Positions 42,579-59,254 of a DNA stretch of 64,000 nt are shown here, in pieces (within the stretch, counting starts at the first letter, position 1; each line of letters starts with the position of its first letter). The notes beneath the pieces were generated by a model. It saw only the letters and a program-made list of their open reading frames with translations. It did not search any database and was not told the origin of the DNA. Source of the DNA: the human T2T-CHM13v2.0 reference genome, Homo sapiens. The translations under genes were made by a program, and so were the position numbers. The stretch is taken from the NCBI RefSeq assembly GCF_009914755.1, contig NC_060927.1; one strand, written 5' to 3'.

Positions 42579-45492
42579 TGATTCTAAACTTAAATATTTA
42601 ATGCATACCAAATAATATCAATAATAGAAAAAAAAACCAATGAAGCAACCTAGGAATTCTAAAACCAGATATTTACATATCAGAACCTGGTATGTGACAG
42701 AAATGTCTTTGCATATCACTGAGGAAATTAGTCTTCATTCAACAGAGGTTACTAAGTTTACTGTGAGAGAAAATGTTAAAAACTGATTTTGAGTTCCTAC
42801 TTTATATTATATATAAAATATTTCCTAGGCCAATTAATAACTTAAATTTTAATGGTAGCACTTTAAAATATGTAGAACAAAATAAGGAAGAAATATGAAA
42901 TAAGACAAAAAGTATAAAGTAATATATTGATATATTTTATGACACTAAAATTATTTCTAGGTTTTTGCATCTGGTGAAAGTGGAATGACAAGGTCTGGAC
43001 TTCCTATCACACCTGAAATAACAACAACAAAAACAGTCAAAATACGTATAAACAGTGGTACTGAAGACATTGGACATAGGGAAATGAAAGACAATGATCC
43101 CTAAGAGACAGGAAATAGAAGAGGGAGCCCTATAATTACCCTAGCTTACTTCCTTGAAAGAATTTCAAGGCTGGATTGCAGGAAAGGTGAATCCAATCAG
43201 AGCTCAGAGGTCTCCCTGAGTTGAGCAGATGAAACTGGGAATCTGGGGAAGCCAATGAAGCTCAAGTTCACAGGGCAGAATACCAGAGAGAAAGAGGGCT
43301 ACATGGAGAGAACTATGGATATGTTCAGGTGGTTCCCCTCAAGCATTCATCAGAGCACTGACTAGCCCATGCATGTAAAGAAACTTCTTGAAGTGGGGGA
43401 TGAGGGACCTAAAAGTATTTGAGAGAAAAGTAATTATTGCTTACACAGTGTTAGTATATGTTATCAGCAGACAGAAAGGAAATCCTCATAATTCAGAGGG
43501 ATATCAGACAACCAAGAATAGTCTTGTCTCTTTAGTGGAAAATAATTAACCTTAGACTAACTGCTGTGTTGGTCTCACCTAACGAAGCTTAATAGTAAAA
43601 ATCCAAGGGGATGAAATTGCATTCTAGTAACCTAACTGTACACCAGAACAAAGCCAAGGTATTCAAAACTATCCAGTACCCATAAGGTAAAATTTATAAT
43701 TAAAAATTACCAGAAAATTAAAGATGCATGAAAATACAGCCTATCATAAGGAGGAAAATCAATCAATCAAAACTGACCAAGAAATGGCACAGATGATAGA
43801 ATTATCACACAAAAATATTAAAATAATTATTGCTCCATTCGATATGTTTTAAAAGCTAGAGGAAATGTAGAACATGTTAATAGAAATATGAATGATATAA
43901 AATGATGCAATCTGAACTTCTAGAAATGAAAAATGCAATGTCTAAAATGAAAACTACACTAGATAGGATGAAGAGTAGATTATACATTTCAGGAAAAAAA
44001 ATTAGGGAACTTGAAGAAATTGCAATAAAAATTATACAAGAGGAAATACAGGGTAAAAAAAGACTAAAAAGAAAAAATATATCCTCACAATCCCAAGAAG
44101 TTCAATAAACTCAAAGTACAAGATATGTGAACAGAAACAGACCGAAGCACATCATAATCACATTACTTACAACTAGTGATTAATAGGAAAATGTTTAAAT
44201 AGAACAATCAGAGAAAAAAGGCATATTATGGAGTAGGAAAAAAATATGGATAACAACAGATTTCTTATTAGAAATGATGCAAGTTGAAAACACTGGAGAA
44301 ATGCCTCTAAAGTAATAAAAAGAAGGAAATCCCCTGCTATCTCATAATTCTTTATCCATAGAAAATATTTTTTGAAAAAAAATGAAAAACAAAGACGATT
44401 TCACAGCTGTAAAATCTGAAAGCATTCATCACCAGATACCTAAACTATAAAAAATGTTGAAGGAAAACAATGTAACACATGAAACCTACATTTATAAAAA
44501 TAAGTGAAGCATATCAGCAAGAGTAACCAAGTAGGTAAACAAAAATTATTATAGCTTATTTTAATATGTTTAAAAGATAAACTATTTAAGGCAAAATTAG
44601 TTAAAAATGTATTGCGAAGCTGACAATATATAGAAGTATTAATAAAATGCATGAAAACATTAGCCCAGAAGAGGGATTTTCACAATAGCACAGATAGAAC
44701 ACCTTTGTGAGGTTTTATATTATAAGTCAAGTAGTATAATATCACTTGAAGGTAAAAAAATAGTAAGTTAAAGGAGCCATTAACAGAACACAGCACATAA
44801 TTGTAGCTGGTAAGCAAAAGAAAAAAAAGTGAAAGAGAAAAAATAGACAATCCAAAAGAGGAGAGAAAAAAGAACAAAGAACCGCTATGGAAAAATAACA
44901 ACTAGCAAGTTTAGTAGATTTAAGCCTACCCGTATCGACAAGTACATTAATTTAATTAAACACTCTGATTTTAAGTCAGTGATTATAATATTGAATATTA
45001 AGCAAGATACAACTATATGCTGCCTACTCAAAACTGAATTTAAGACACTAATTTAGGCATAAGTGTAGGAAAAGATATACAATACTAAAACTATTCAAAA
45101 GACAACTGGTATCACTATTTTAGTATCAGACTAAGTACATTTCTGACCAATGAATATTACCTAGGACAAAGAAAGCCATTCATAATAACAGAGTAAACCA
45201 AGAGGATGTTACAATCCTAAATGTCTATGCACCTAATATCAAACCTTCAAAAAAGATGAAGCAAAACCCAATCGTACTACAAAGAGACTAGACAAATTAA
45301 AAACTAAAGTAAAATATTTCAATATCCTTCTCTCAATAATTAATACAAGGAGATATATAATTAATAGAGATATAGAATCTTTGAACAATAACACTATCAA
45401 CAAACTTGATTTAAATTACCTTTCTAGAACACTCCACACAACAGCAGAAGACATTTCTTTTCAAGCATTCATGCAGCATTTACCCAGATAAA

Positions 45493-45855
45493 TGTTATAG
45501 TCCTTTGCTGCTACTCTAAGATAATACCTGAAACTGGGTATTTATAAACACTAGACATTTGTTTCTCACAGTTCTTGAGACTGAAAATCTAAGATCAAGA
45601 TGCAGGCATTTTGTGTGTAGTAGGAGCTGCATCCTCCAAAAAAGGAGAAACACTGTATCTTCACAGTGTAGAAAATGGGAAGACAAGAGGGGATCAACTC
45701 TTTCAAACCCCTTTATGGGGACACCTAATTCCATTCACCAGGTGAGAATGCCTTAGACCTAATCTCTTCTTAAAGGCCCCACATCTTAATGCCATCAAAC
45801 TGGCCATTGAGTTCAAACACCTAAATTTTGGAAGAGACACATTCAAGCAATAGCT
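45493..45855 (-). mobile_element. MSTC/MSTD-like MaLR solo LTR
   Basis: aatacctgaaactgggtatttataaac...tttctcacagttctt...aaggccccacatcttaatgccatca...acacattcaagcaatagc. Imperfect TSD ataaa/atcaa. Confidence 0.85.
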
Positions 45856-46987
45856 ATCAAACATATTCTGAGCTATAAAATAAAGATCAATAAATTTAAA
45901 TACTTTAAGTCACATAAAGTGTTCTCTTTGATCATACGGAAATCAGTTATAAATCAATAACAGAAGGAACTTTGGAAAACACCAAAATATATGAAAACTA
46001 AATAACACACTTCTAAATAACCCATGGGTTAAAGAAGAAATCAAAAGAAAAAATTACAAGATATTTTGACTGAATAAAATGGAATTACGACATATCAAAA
46101 TATGTAGGATGCCACTAAACGTATCTTAGGGTGGTGGTGGTGGTAGACTTATAGCATAAATGCCTATGAAAAAAGGAAGGTATCAAATCACTGACTTCAG
46201 CCATAACTTAAAGGAACTTTAAAGAGAAGAATAAATTAAACTGAAAGTAAGAAAGGAGGAGTTAATAAAGATCAGAGCAGAAAGCAATGAAACAAAAATC
46301 AGAAAAACAAGGGAGAAATTAATGAAACTAAAAGCTGGTTCTTAGAGAAGATCAGTGAAATTGATAAATCTCTAGCTAGACTGACAAAAAAACCCAACCA
46401 AACAAAGAACAAACACAAATTTCCAATATCAGAAATGAGAGTGATAACATCACTACACATTTGGCAAATAGACACTAAAACGATAATAATAAAATATTAC
46501 GAACAACTTATGCCAATAAATTCAACTCTTTAGAATGGACAAATTTCTTGAAAAACATAAACTTCTAAAGCTCACTCAAGAAGAAATACATAATCTAAAT
46601 ATATATGTGAAATTGAATTTCTAGTGAAAAATTGTAAGCAATATTTTTCCAGTCATACTCAACACCATAGAAGGAAAATTCACTGTGACCAAGTGGGATT
46701 TACATTGCAGAAAGAAAAGTTCTGTTTATTATTCACGTATCAACTAACATAATTCAACATATTAACAAACTAAAAGAGAAAAGCTAAATGATCATCTTAA
46801 TAGATGCAGAGAAAGCAAGCCAACACTGATTACTGATTAAAACTACTCAGCGTTTTAGGAATAGAAGAGAAACCAAAAAAGGACATCTGTGAAAAACTTG
46901 TAGCTAATATCACATTTAATAATGAAGAACTGAGTGGTTTCCCTCTAATATTAAGAAGAAGGCAAGGATCTCTGCTTTCACCACTTC

Positions 46988-48589
46988 TGTTACAGCATCT
47001 TTGGGGTGTCGTTTTTCTGGTCAGAAACATCTGTGGCTTCTGGCACCTTTGTCCGAGCTCTTGTCCTGCATCCAGGAAGAATGTGGTATGCAGACAAGTG
47101 GAGGATGAGCAAGATAAAGAGAAGCTTTATTTAGTGTTAGAACAGCTCAGAGGAGACCCACAGGTCTCCCCTCAAATGTCATCCTCTCAAGTGTTCAGCT
47201 TTCAGCAGAGAGGAGGCCCTGGAGTGTGTGGATCTTCAATCCTCAACATGTCCTCCCATCCTCTTGTTGTCTCTGCAACTCTCAGCAGAGAGCAGGCCCG
47301 GGAGAGGGTGGCTCCTCTCTGCAGTCAGGTTGTTCTGACATCTCTGCAGGTCTCTGAAGCTCTCAGCAGAGAGGGTAGCTCCTCTCTGTAGCTGGTTCTC
47401 TGATTGTCTCCTGCTATCAGCAGAGAGGGTAGCTCCTCTCTACAGCTGGCCATCCTCTCTCCATCCTGTGCCCTGTTCTGGCTGAGCCTGGGGCTTTTAC
47501 AGACTTCAGAGGGGAGGAAGTGCCTACTGATTGGTCCATGGGCAGCCCGGAAAAAGGCACCATAAGTCCCCATTCTGGTCCATGGGTCTGGCATCCCAGC
47601 TATCAGCCTTCAGGGCTGCCTGGCCTGAAGGTTTGGCTTCCTTGGGGAACTGCTCCCTTCTGCCCAGGAGCCTGTCTGCTTCCTGCAGCCATCCATGGCA
47701 GCAGGCTTCTGGCACCAAGGGGCACCTGCAAGCCCGTGCCCAACTGCCCTCAGCCCCCCTTCAGTTTCTCCTCTGGCACTCCTTGGTGCCCAAAGATCAG
47801 AGGAGGCCAAGGCGGCAGAGGGCTGGCATATCAGCACTACCCTGAGCTTGCATACATGGTCCGGGTTGTGACAGTGCTAGAGGCCTGCCCCAACCCCACT
47901 CGGAGATCAAAAAGGGAACTAGGAACAAAGAGAGGCCAGGCAGTGGGAGCAGGCACCTCTGAGCCTGCAAGGTCAAGGGGGCCATTCCTAGGCCCCCAAA
48001 GAGTGCAGGGATGCCTGGGTGTGCAGCCCTGGTTTGGGCAGCTGCATCTGTGGGGGATGGGGGGGACTCCTACCTGCTTAGGATCCGCAGCCATGACTCC
48101 ACTGGCTGCAGCCCTGTACAGGAGGGCAGGGCTCCTGCCTACTCCCAGCTCCCAAGAGCAGAGGGGTGCCCGGGTTGCAGCCGCAGCTTGGGCAGCTGCA
48201 GTTGCACCTGGGGCATCTGAAATTGCACCTGGGGAGCTCCCACCTTGACAACGTGGAAGAGGCAGGGCTTCCACTTTTCCCTGGTTTCTGGTGGCTCCAT
48301 GGAGCATGGCACCCTGCCATGCCCCCTTGCAGCCTGGTGCACTCCAGGTCCTTGCTAGGCCTGGGCCAGCATCCAGAGCAGGCCTGACATTCTCCTGAGC
48401 TTTCCCTATGGCTCCTCCCCTCAGGGGCAGATCAGAGCTCCATGGGACTGGCTGGGCCCCATCGGGGGAGCCTCCAGGGTTGCAGGCTGTGGAAGTTGGT
48501 GGGGAGGTTTTCCACCTCCTCCCAGTACCCTGCTTGCAGCTGCCAGCAATAGGGCAGCTGCCACACCAGACTGCCTGCCACTGCCATCA
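46988..48589 (-). mobile_element. MER52-family ERV1 solo LTR (~1.6 kb, GC-rich)
   Basis: TG...CA ends, perfect 4 bp TSD cttc (46984-46987 / 48590-48593), internal agcagagagggtagctcctctct subrepeats and a minus-strand AATAAA near 47125. Confidence 0.9.
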
Positions 48590-49131
48590 CTTCTGTTCAA
48601 CATTGCACTGAAAGTTCTGGCCAGTGCATTCAGGCAATCAATCAATCAATAAATCAATAAGATAAAATCATCCAGATGGGAAAAAAAGAAGTAAAACTAT
48701 CTTTATTGAGAAAATTTTATGAAATCCACCAAAAGCTACTAGAATTAATGTGTTTAACCATATTGCAGGATACATAATTATAGAGAAATCTGTATATACA
48801 TACATACACATATATACTAATAGTAGACAAATACATTGAAAATAAGAAAATTATAGCATAAAAATTATAAAATACTTAATATTGTTAATATATATTTGGA
48901 CAGTTCTGCTCAGATTCATCTATGGATTCCAATCACAAGCCTAACAAGAATTTTTGTACAAATTGAAAAATACATTCTAAAATTTATGTACAAGTTTATA
49001 GGACTTAGAATATGCAAAATTGCTTTGTAAAAGAACAAAGTTGGAAGACTAACACCATTTCATATCAAGAGTTATTATAATGCTATTGCAATTAAAAGCA
49101 TGTGGCATTAACAGAAAATAGATTACTAGAT

Positions 49132-50071
<940 letters not shown>

Positions 50072-50606
50072 TAAATCAATGGAATATAACAGATTCCAGT
50101 AATAGGCCCATATGTATACAGGCAACTGATTTTTGACAAAGATGCAAAAGTAATATAGTTACAAAAGAATAGTCTTCAAGAAAAGCTGTAGGAAGAACTG
50201 GATATCCTTATACAAAAATGAATGTAGAGCCATACCTCACACCATATATAAAAATTAACTCAAAATGGATCACAGAGCTAACCATAAAACCTAAACAACT
50301 ATATCAATCAATATGTATCTATATGCTAACAATAACAAACATTGAAATCTCTTTAGGTAAAATTTAAACCTATAAAGCTAGAAGAAAGCACATGAGGAAA
50401 TCTTTATTATCTTGGGTAAGGCAAAGATTTCTTAGTTATCACACCAAAAGTACAATCCATAAAACAATAACAACAACAATAAATTAGACTTAAGGACTTC
50501 TACTTTCTGAAAGACATAGATAAGGAAGTAGAAAAACAAGAATCAGACTGTGAGAAGATAGTTTCAAATTGCATATCTGATACCAAACTTGTATCTAGAA
50601 TATATA

Positions 50607-50932
50607 TAGTAGTTCCCATTTTCCATGGGGGATATGTTTCAGCACCCCCAGTGGATGCCTAAAATAGGAGATAGTACCGAACCTAATATATACTATGGTT
50701 TTTCTATCTGATAACCAAGACTTCTACTAAATGACTAAGTGCGTGTAGTTTTACACAGTGAATATGCTGGACAAAGGGATGATTCACATGCCATGTGGGA
50801 CAGAGCAGAACATGCTGCTCAGAATGGTGCACAATTGAAAACCTACAAATTGTTTATTTCTGGAGTTTTCCACTTAATATTTCAGACCACAGTTGACGGC
50901 AGGTAACTGAAACCATGGAAAGGGGACTACTG
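50607..50932. mobile_element. MER44A (Tigger7-derived TcMar non-autonomous DNA transposon)
   Basis: Ends tagtagttccc...ggggactactg flanked by TA. Internal cccccagtggatgcct and gctggacaaagggatgattcac. Confidence 0.88.
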
Positions 50933-51790
50933 TATTCCTAAAAATAAAAACTATATAAACAAAGACAAAAATGGGGGAAATACTTGAACAGATAACTCAG
51001 AGAAGATGTATGATTGGCAAATAAGCACAGAAAAGGAAACTTACCCTTGTTAGACATAAGAAAAATGTAGATCCAGATGAAAATGCAGCACCACTACATA
51101 CCTATTACAACAGCTAAAATTAAAACGATTGACCATACTAACGTTGACAAGGATGTGGAACAACTGAAACTTTCATACACTGCTGATGGGACTGTAAAAT
51201 TGTCAAACTTTTTTGGAAAATAGTTTTCAGTTTCTTAAACGTTAAATAGTTAAATGTAGACCTATAGCCTAACTCGGACATTCCACTGCTAAGTATTTAT
51301 TCACCTAAGCAAAATGTAAGTGTATCTTCACTAAGCATTTGTCATCAAACTTCATCTCAGCTTTATTTGTAATATGAAAGTTGGAATCACCCCAAATGTT
51401 CATCAATAGGTAAATGGGTAAACAATAATTGTGTTATGTCTATACTATTTGAAATACTATTCCAAAAAATAAAGCTATTGATGTATGTATGTGGCAAAAT
51501 AGATGAATTTCAAAATAAATATGCTGAGTAAAAGACTGACACAAAAGAGTACATAATGTGTAATCTTATTTATGCAAAATTCTAGAAAATGCAAACTGAT
51601 CTATATTGTCAGAAAATAGATCAGTGTTTGTCTAAGGATGGGGGCTGGCAAATATGGAAGGGGCAGGATGGTGGAATTCCAAAGGAGTTTGAAGAGACTT
51701 TGGGGATTGATGGAAATGGTCATTATGTTGACTGTGGTGATAGTTAATGGATGTACACATATCTCAAAACTCAACAAATTGTACACTTTA

Positions 51791-53983
<2,193 letters not shown>

Positions 53984-54669
53984 TAAACATGTGCAGTTTA
54001 TTGTATGTAAATGATGCCTCAATAAAGTTATTTAAAGTTATGAGTTTCTGTTCATGGAAATACATATTTCCTTTTTAAAGTCAAATTCTCGGGGAAGGGT
54101 CCTAAGCTTCATTTGCTGTTGGATAGCAGGGAAAGCAAGCTCATTACAGGCTATCATGGGTATTTCCTGGGAATGATTATGCAATCCATAAATCTGAGCT
54201 CACTTCCTCATGGGGTCTTGCTCCACAGTCCTACTCTCTTTTTCAGGAGGTCACCTCTTGATGTCTCTAAATTAGCAACTTTAGGGAGTTATTGCATACA
54301 CTCTATTACTGAACTCCAAGCTCGATCACAGAATCTTCCCTCAGTTCTCTTTAGTAACAATGTAACTTTTCTGAAGGCTTCAGGACTAACAAAGTTGGAG
54401 AAAAAATTGTTTTACATTAATTGTGAAACAAAAATCTTGAAATTGAACATGCAGTTTCCATGTGTGGGATGCTGCAACTGACGTCTATGGCCTATAAAAG
54501 CCAATTATTAGATATTCAGCAATCTTTCAAGCTAGTGGTCAAGCATAGCTGTTATTAAAAATTAAAGTACATACATTTAGAACTAAATGATATTAAAAGC
54601 AGAGACAATGGATATTCTAAACTCATCACTTCTTACATCCACTATGATCTATGCTCTTGGGGTTTGCAT

Positions 54670-55242
54670 CTCTTACAAACTCACATTCCATGACAGCAGG
54701 TTGGCATCTTGAAATCAGCCATTGTGGGAATATTTACACCGCAAAAATGAGCTAATAGTACAAATAGAGGCTTAATTTATTGCTTTGTTGACGAGGAAGT
54801 GATGGAGAAAGTGTTTATAATGCAGATTAAAACTGCATTGTGTCTCTGGTCATTGTATTGTGAATAGCACCAAAAATTGAGAAACTATTATTTCAGTATT
54901 TGAAAACTATTATTTGATTCATTGCCTAAGTGGCTTGGGTAATTGACAAACCAAAGTTCTGAGGAATGTTTTTGTTGTTTCACTTTTGTCTTACTCACTA
55001 AACAATACCAATCAATATTCATACTGGAGTTATATTCACCCATCAGTTGCAACCACGGGTTGGCTATACAAGAGTTTAACAAAAACTGATAACAGAATTC
55101 TATTGTATATTCTGTTATTATTTATAATTTTGTGCTATGTAAACATTATGTCAATAAAATTTATAATAAGCTTATATACATAAAAATATGCATCCATTTT
55201 TCACAAAAAAGCCAGCAGCTAAACATTTAGAAGTATACTATT
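54670..55242. mobile_element. MER63-family (hAT) DNA transposon
   Basis: gttggcatcttgaaatcagccattgtgggaatatttacacc...gaagtgatggagaaa...ctaaacattta. Confidence 0.7.
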
Positions 55243-55529
55243 AGGCTGCTTTCACAGTTTATAAGCCCAGATGCTATGCAGAGATTTTCTTCTTGAGTAT
55301 TTTTGTCTTGGCAACTTCCTGTCACTTGGTTGCACTTACCAGTTTACTTCCCTGTAATAGGACTTGCTTGGCCCTGAACTGTAAACAGTGAAGAATATTT
55401 TAGTCGCATTTCCATAGCTAGTCACTACCTAGGGGAGTCTCTTCAAATAAGGCAATACCTGACTTTGAAAATGGTGGTTTTTCTAGCTTTAGTTTTTCAG
55501 TTGCAGCAGGAACTCTGTTACCTAAGTTA

Positions 55530-56480
55530 AAATACCAAAGGCAGAAACTATGTGAATAAAATTGATAGATTTGCCACATTAAAAAGCGGTGCTTCTATAG
55601 TACGGAAAACATCATTAACGAAGTTTAAAAACTAAAGATTAATAGGAAAACATGTTCAATAACTATTTCAAAGGATTGTTGGCTTTAAAGTATAATTTTT
55701 ACACATCTGTAAGAAAACAATAATACCATGAAGAATAAACAGGCCAAAGTCATGAACAGAAATTTCACAAGGAAATTCAAATGGCAGAAAAAAATACAAT
55801 AATAACCTCACCAGTAATCAAAACAATTAAAATTAAAATAAGATACATTCACTTTTAAATTTAAAGATTTTTAAATGATTATCTGGGAGAATGTATTGTG
55901 GGGAAATACAGGGACTCTCAAATAATTCGATAGGAGTGAACTTGCACCCACTTTCTGGAGGACTTTTTGGCAGGACCCTTCTTGTCTCTTGACCTCACAG
56001 TTCTACTTTAATAATTCATTTTAAGGTAATATTTAAATACATGTGGAAAGATGTAGCTAAAAAAATATTTATCACAGCTTTGTTTATAATAAATTTTTAA
56101 AAATAACTTACATGTCTAATAAGAATGAATCAGTTATTTACACAGATACAGAATCCTAAGCAACTGTAACAATTATTTAATGAAATATTATTAACTGTCA
56201 TGGAATGACTTTAATGATATATAATTGTGGAATGAAAACAGCAGATGTAAAACTATGTATAACATGATCTCACACTTGATATAAATATGATTTTATATAT
56301 ACAATTATTTGTGTATATGTTACATACATACATATACACATAATGCATAAGATCTTAAAGGATATACACCAAAATGTTAATTGAGCTTTTGTTTCAGGTG
56401 GTTTTATTTTCTTCTTCGATTCTTTTCTTATTTGTATTTAATTGTTCTACATTGAGCATACGTTACTCGTACAATAGAAT
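55530..56480 (+). mobile_element. Old L1ME-type 3' fragment
   Basis: catgaacagaaatttcacaagg...ctcaccagtaatca...cactttctggagg...gatatacaccaaaatgttaa...tctacattgagcat. Confidence 0.7.
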
Positions 56481-57334
56481 TTAAAAACCCATCCCTACAC
56501 TATCTCAGCACTTTATGAGTTTCATAATCAGGTGATTCAAGGACTTGTTAGTACTCAGATTCTTGGGAATTGCAGCTGTCCTGCCTAGAGATGCAATTGG
56601 ACGTAGCTCAGCAGGATAAGTACAACCTACAAGGGCACTCCTGGAAGGAGGAGAATTCCCTGTGTTTGCATTTTTTTCTGGCTACACAAATGCTGTGCTG
56701 ACTTAACAGCCCACAGGTGGCTGTTCTCTTCTGCCTCGGTGTGGAAATGGAAGGAGAGACTGACTAATTTTACTGAATCATTTTACTAGTTATGTGACTG
56801 TGGGTTTGGTTACCCACAGGCATTTCTGCTGCAATTGGTTAGCCTGGGGGAAGTTTTATTTTAACATGTTCACAGAGGCTTTTCCTGTCCAAGTGAATGG
56901 TTGTGAATGACAGCGAGGGAGACTACACCCTCTCACGTATATCCATATACAAGGATTGGGACAGCCTGACCTTCTGGGATTATATCCTTTTTTTGGCATC
57001 TCTGGGTAAAAGGCCTTAGGCTTCTAACTTCAATGTTGGAATTTTGACTACAGGGCAATGTCTCATATTTCAAGCATCTCTGTAGCCTACCCTTTACAAC
57101 TATCCTGAAGAGACCTCTATCCATCTGCCACAAAAAAGACCTAACACCGAGGTTGCTTCTGGAGTTAAGAGCCTGGAGTTTGCTGCCTAAGACTATGGGA
57201 AGGCTACTTCCGCACTTAAATGTGAAGTGACCCTTGGTAGGATCTGTGTTCAGTATCCCCATCATTTCTTCAGTTGAATCTATTGACAAAGGCATCATTA
57301 AAAGCAATCAACTTACATTTCATTTTGATGACCT

Positions 57335-58396
57335 TGTAAACAAAAAATAAAATCCTAAGCCCCCACCATCTGAACAGGCCCCCTCTTGGCCAAGGGATTC
57401 CAGAAAAACCTAAAAACTGAGTTTCCAGCCATGACCCATGATGGGACAGGAGGTCAAACATACTCTGTTAACCCCCCTCCTTTTTGCAGTTTAGACATAA
57501 CTGACCAGCATTAATGTTAAAATAGAGACCACAAGACTGACAGAACAGACTCTTTATGACAATAGACTATCAAATTATAAACAGGACCTAAGGCCATGCC
57601 ATGCAAGAGTTAAGTCACATGCCTGCACTAAAGAATAAACTGTGTTCTAACCATGCCACAAGGCTTTTCTTTAGCATCTAAACAAGCACTGGTCTTGAAA
57701 GAAGCAATATTAAGACAATTTTCAGCTCACCACCATACACTCACTGACCTCACTGTTTTACCTGCCATAATTATAGCTTTGATTGGACAAGTGACTGATT
57801 TCAGTAACTTTCTTCTGATAAGAAGACCACTGACCATGGACTGGCTCTGGTTGGTTTACAGAGGCTGTGCACTGACTGGAATTCCTTGTGTCCTGAAAAG
57901 ACCTTTAGATGGATAGGGACTAATTATAATACATTTAAATATTGTCCCTACTCCAAGGTGAACTTTCTTCTTTCTTTCTTTCTTTCTCTTTCTTTCTCTT
58001 TTCTTTCTTTCTTTCTTTTTCTGTCTTTCTCTCTTTCTTCTTTCTCTCCCTCCCTCCCTCCCTCCCTCCTTCCTTTCTTCCTTCCTTCCTTCCTTCCTTC
58101 TTTCTTTCTCTTTCTTTCTTTGTTCTATATATGAACGTGGGTCATATGTAACATGCATGTTTGTTCAATACACATGCGTCCGGACCACCTTCATGAATAT
58201 TCACCTCCTCTCGTAACCTGTTGAATATGTATGTTTAGCCAATGCACTCAGCATAAAGCTCCTACCCAATCTCGTTTGAAGGGCCTGTGCTTCTCAGCCT
58301 GCAGGATGACCACTTTGAAGGATGTAACCTTTTTATTGAAAAATAAAGTTTCCTATTCTAAATTTATAATTTTATAATTTTTTTTCAAAGTTAGCA
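57335..58396 (+). mobile_element. MER4-family (MER4C/D-like) ERV1 solo LTR
   Basis: tgtaaacaaaaaataaaatcctaagccccc...ttagca, perfect 4 bp TSD acct (57331-57334 / 58397-58400), AATAAA near 58342. Confidence 0.9.
57964..58122. repeat. (TTTC)n/(TCCC)n/(TTCC)n polypyrimidine tract inside the MER4 LTR
   Basis: Directly visible. Confidence 0.95.
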
Positions 58397-59254
58397 ACCT
58401 ATACTGGACTTCAAAAATATGCCAAGAGCGGTGCTAGATGCTGAGAATAGAAAAATATGTTAGACAAAGCCCTGAACTCTAGTGATATACAGTCCACAAG
58501 AGAATTTGCATGAAAAAATATGGCTTGTCCATAAAGTCTGGAAACATAAGCATATATGCCTAATAATATATGCATGTCAAGAATGTCGCCAATATATAAA
58601 ACTGATAAGGTAATATCATGTATGTCCCCAGACTTTATAGATAGCCTGTTGAACATAAAATAATAAGTAATATGGTGACTATAGTCAGATCTTAGATTCC
58701 AGTGAATAATTAATTCTTCCAGGTAAAGGTAGTTTTAAAGAGGAACAGACCCTCATCCTGTTTGTGGATAGAGGTCACAAGAACTTCTCAAGAAGTGAAG
58801 ATGCAGTGTATTGTTTTCTGGGATTGGCTGGGGTACTGAAAACTAAACAAAGAGATAGTGGCAAAAGTTTTCTTCCATTCATGACCATTCTTTCAGCAGC
58901 CAGATGTTTGACAACCATCATATTGATACTGGTAGAAACACATATTCAGAGAGTGGGCAGGGCAGTTAACAGGGGTGGTAGCTTGTCATTTTGTCATATC
59001 AGAGATGTGGCTGCTTGATAGTCTGTAGTGACTTCCTACAATTTTCCAATGCTACAAAATTAATCATAAACTTCTCAACCTACAGGGTCTCACACAGTAC
59101 CTTAAATAGTCCCCTGCAGGTCTGGGCTAGGTGGGAGGGTTTCCGTAGTCAATATTCTTGACCCTGAGATTTGAAGGCTTGGTGCAGTCAAAGTTAATGA
59201 GGATCAAAGCCCACGTACAGAGTCCAGGGGTAGAAACTGGGAGAGAAGCCTCAC

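Noticed and set aside
47520-48248. 242 aa ORF and many overlapping ORFs on both strands
   Set aside because: All lie inside the GC-rich MER52 LTR, where stop codons are rare. The peptides are G/P/A-rich with no recognisable domain.
58830-59230. Possible very old LTR fragment
   Set aside because: Only a vague resemblance, with no termini or TSD that I can support.
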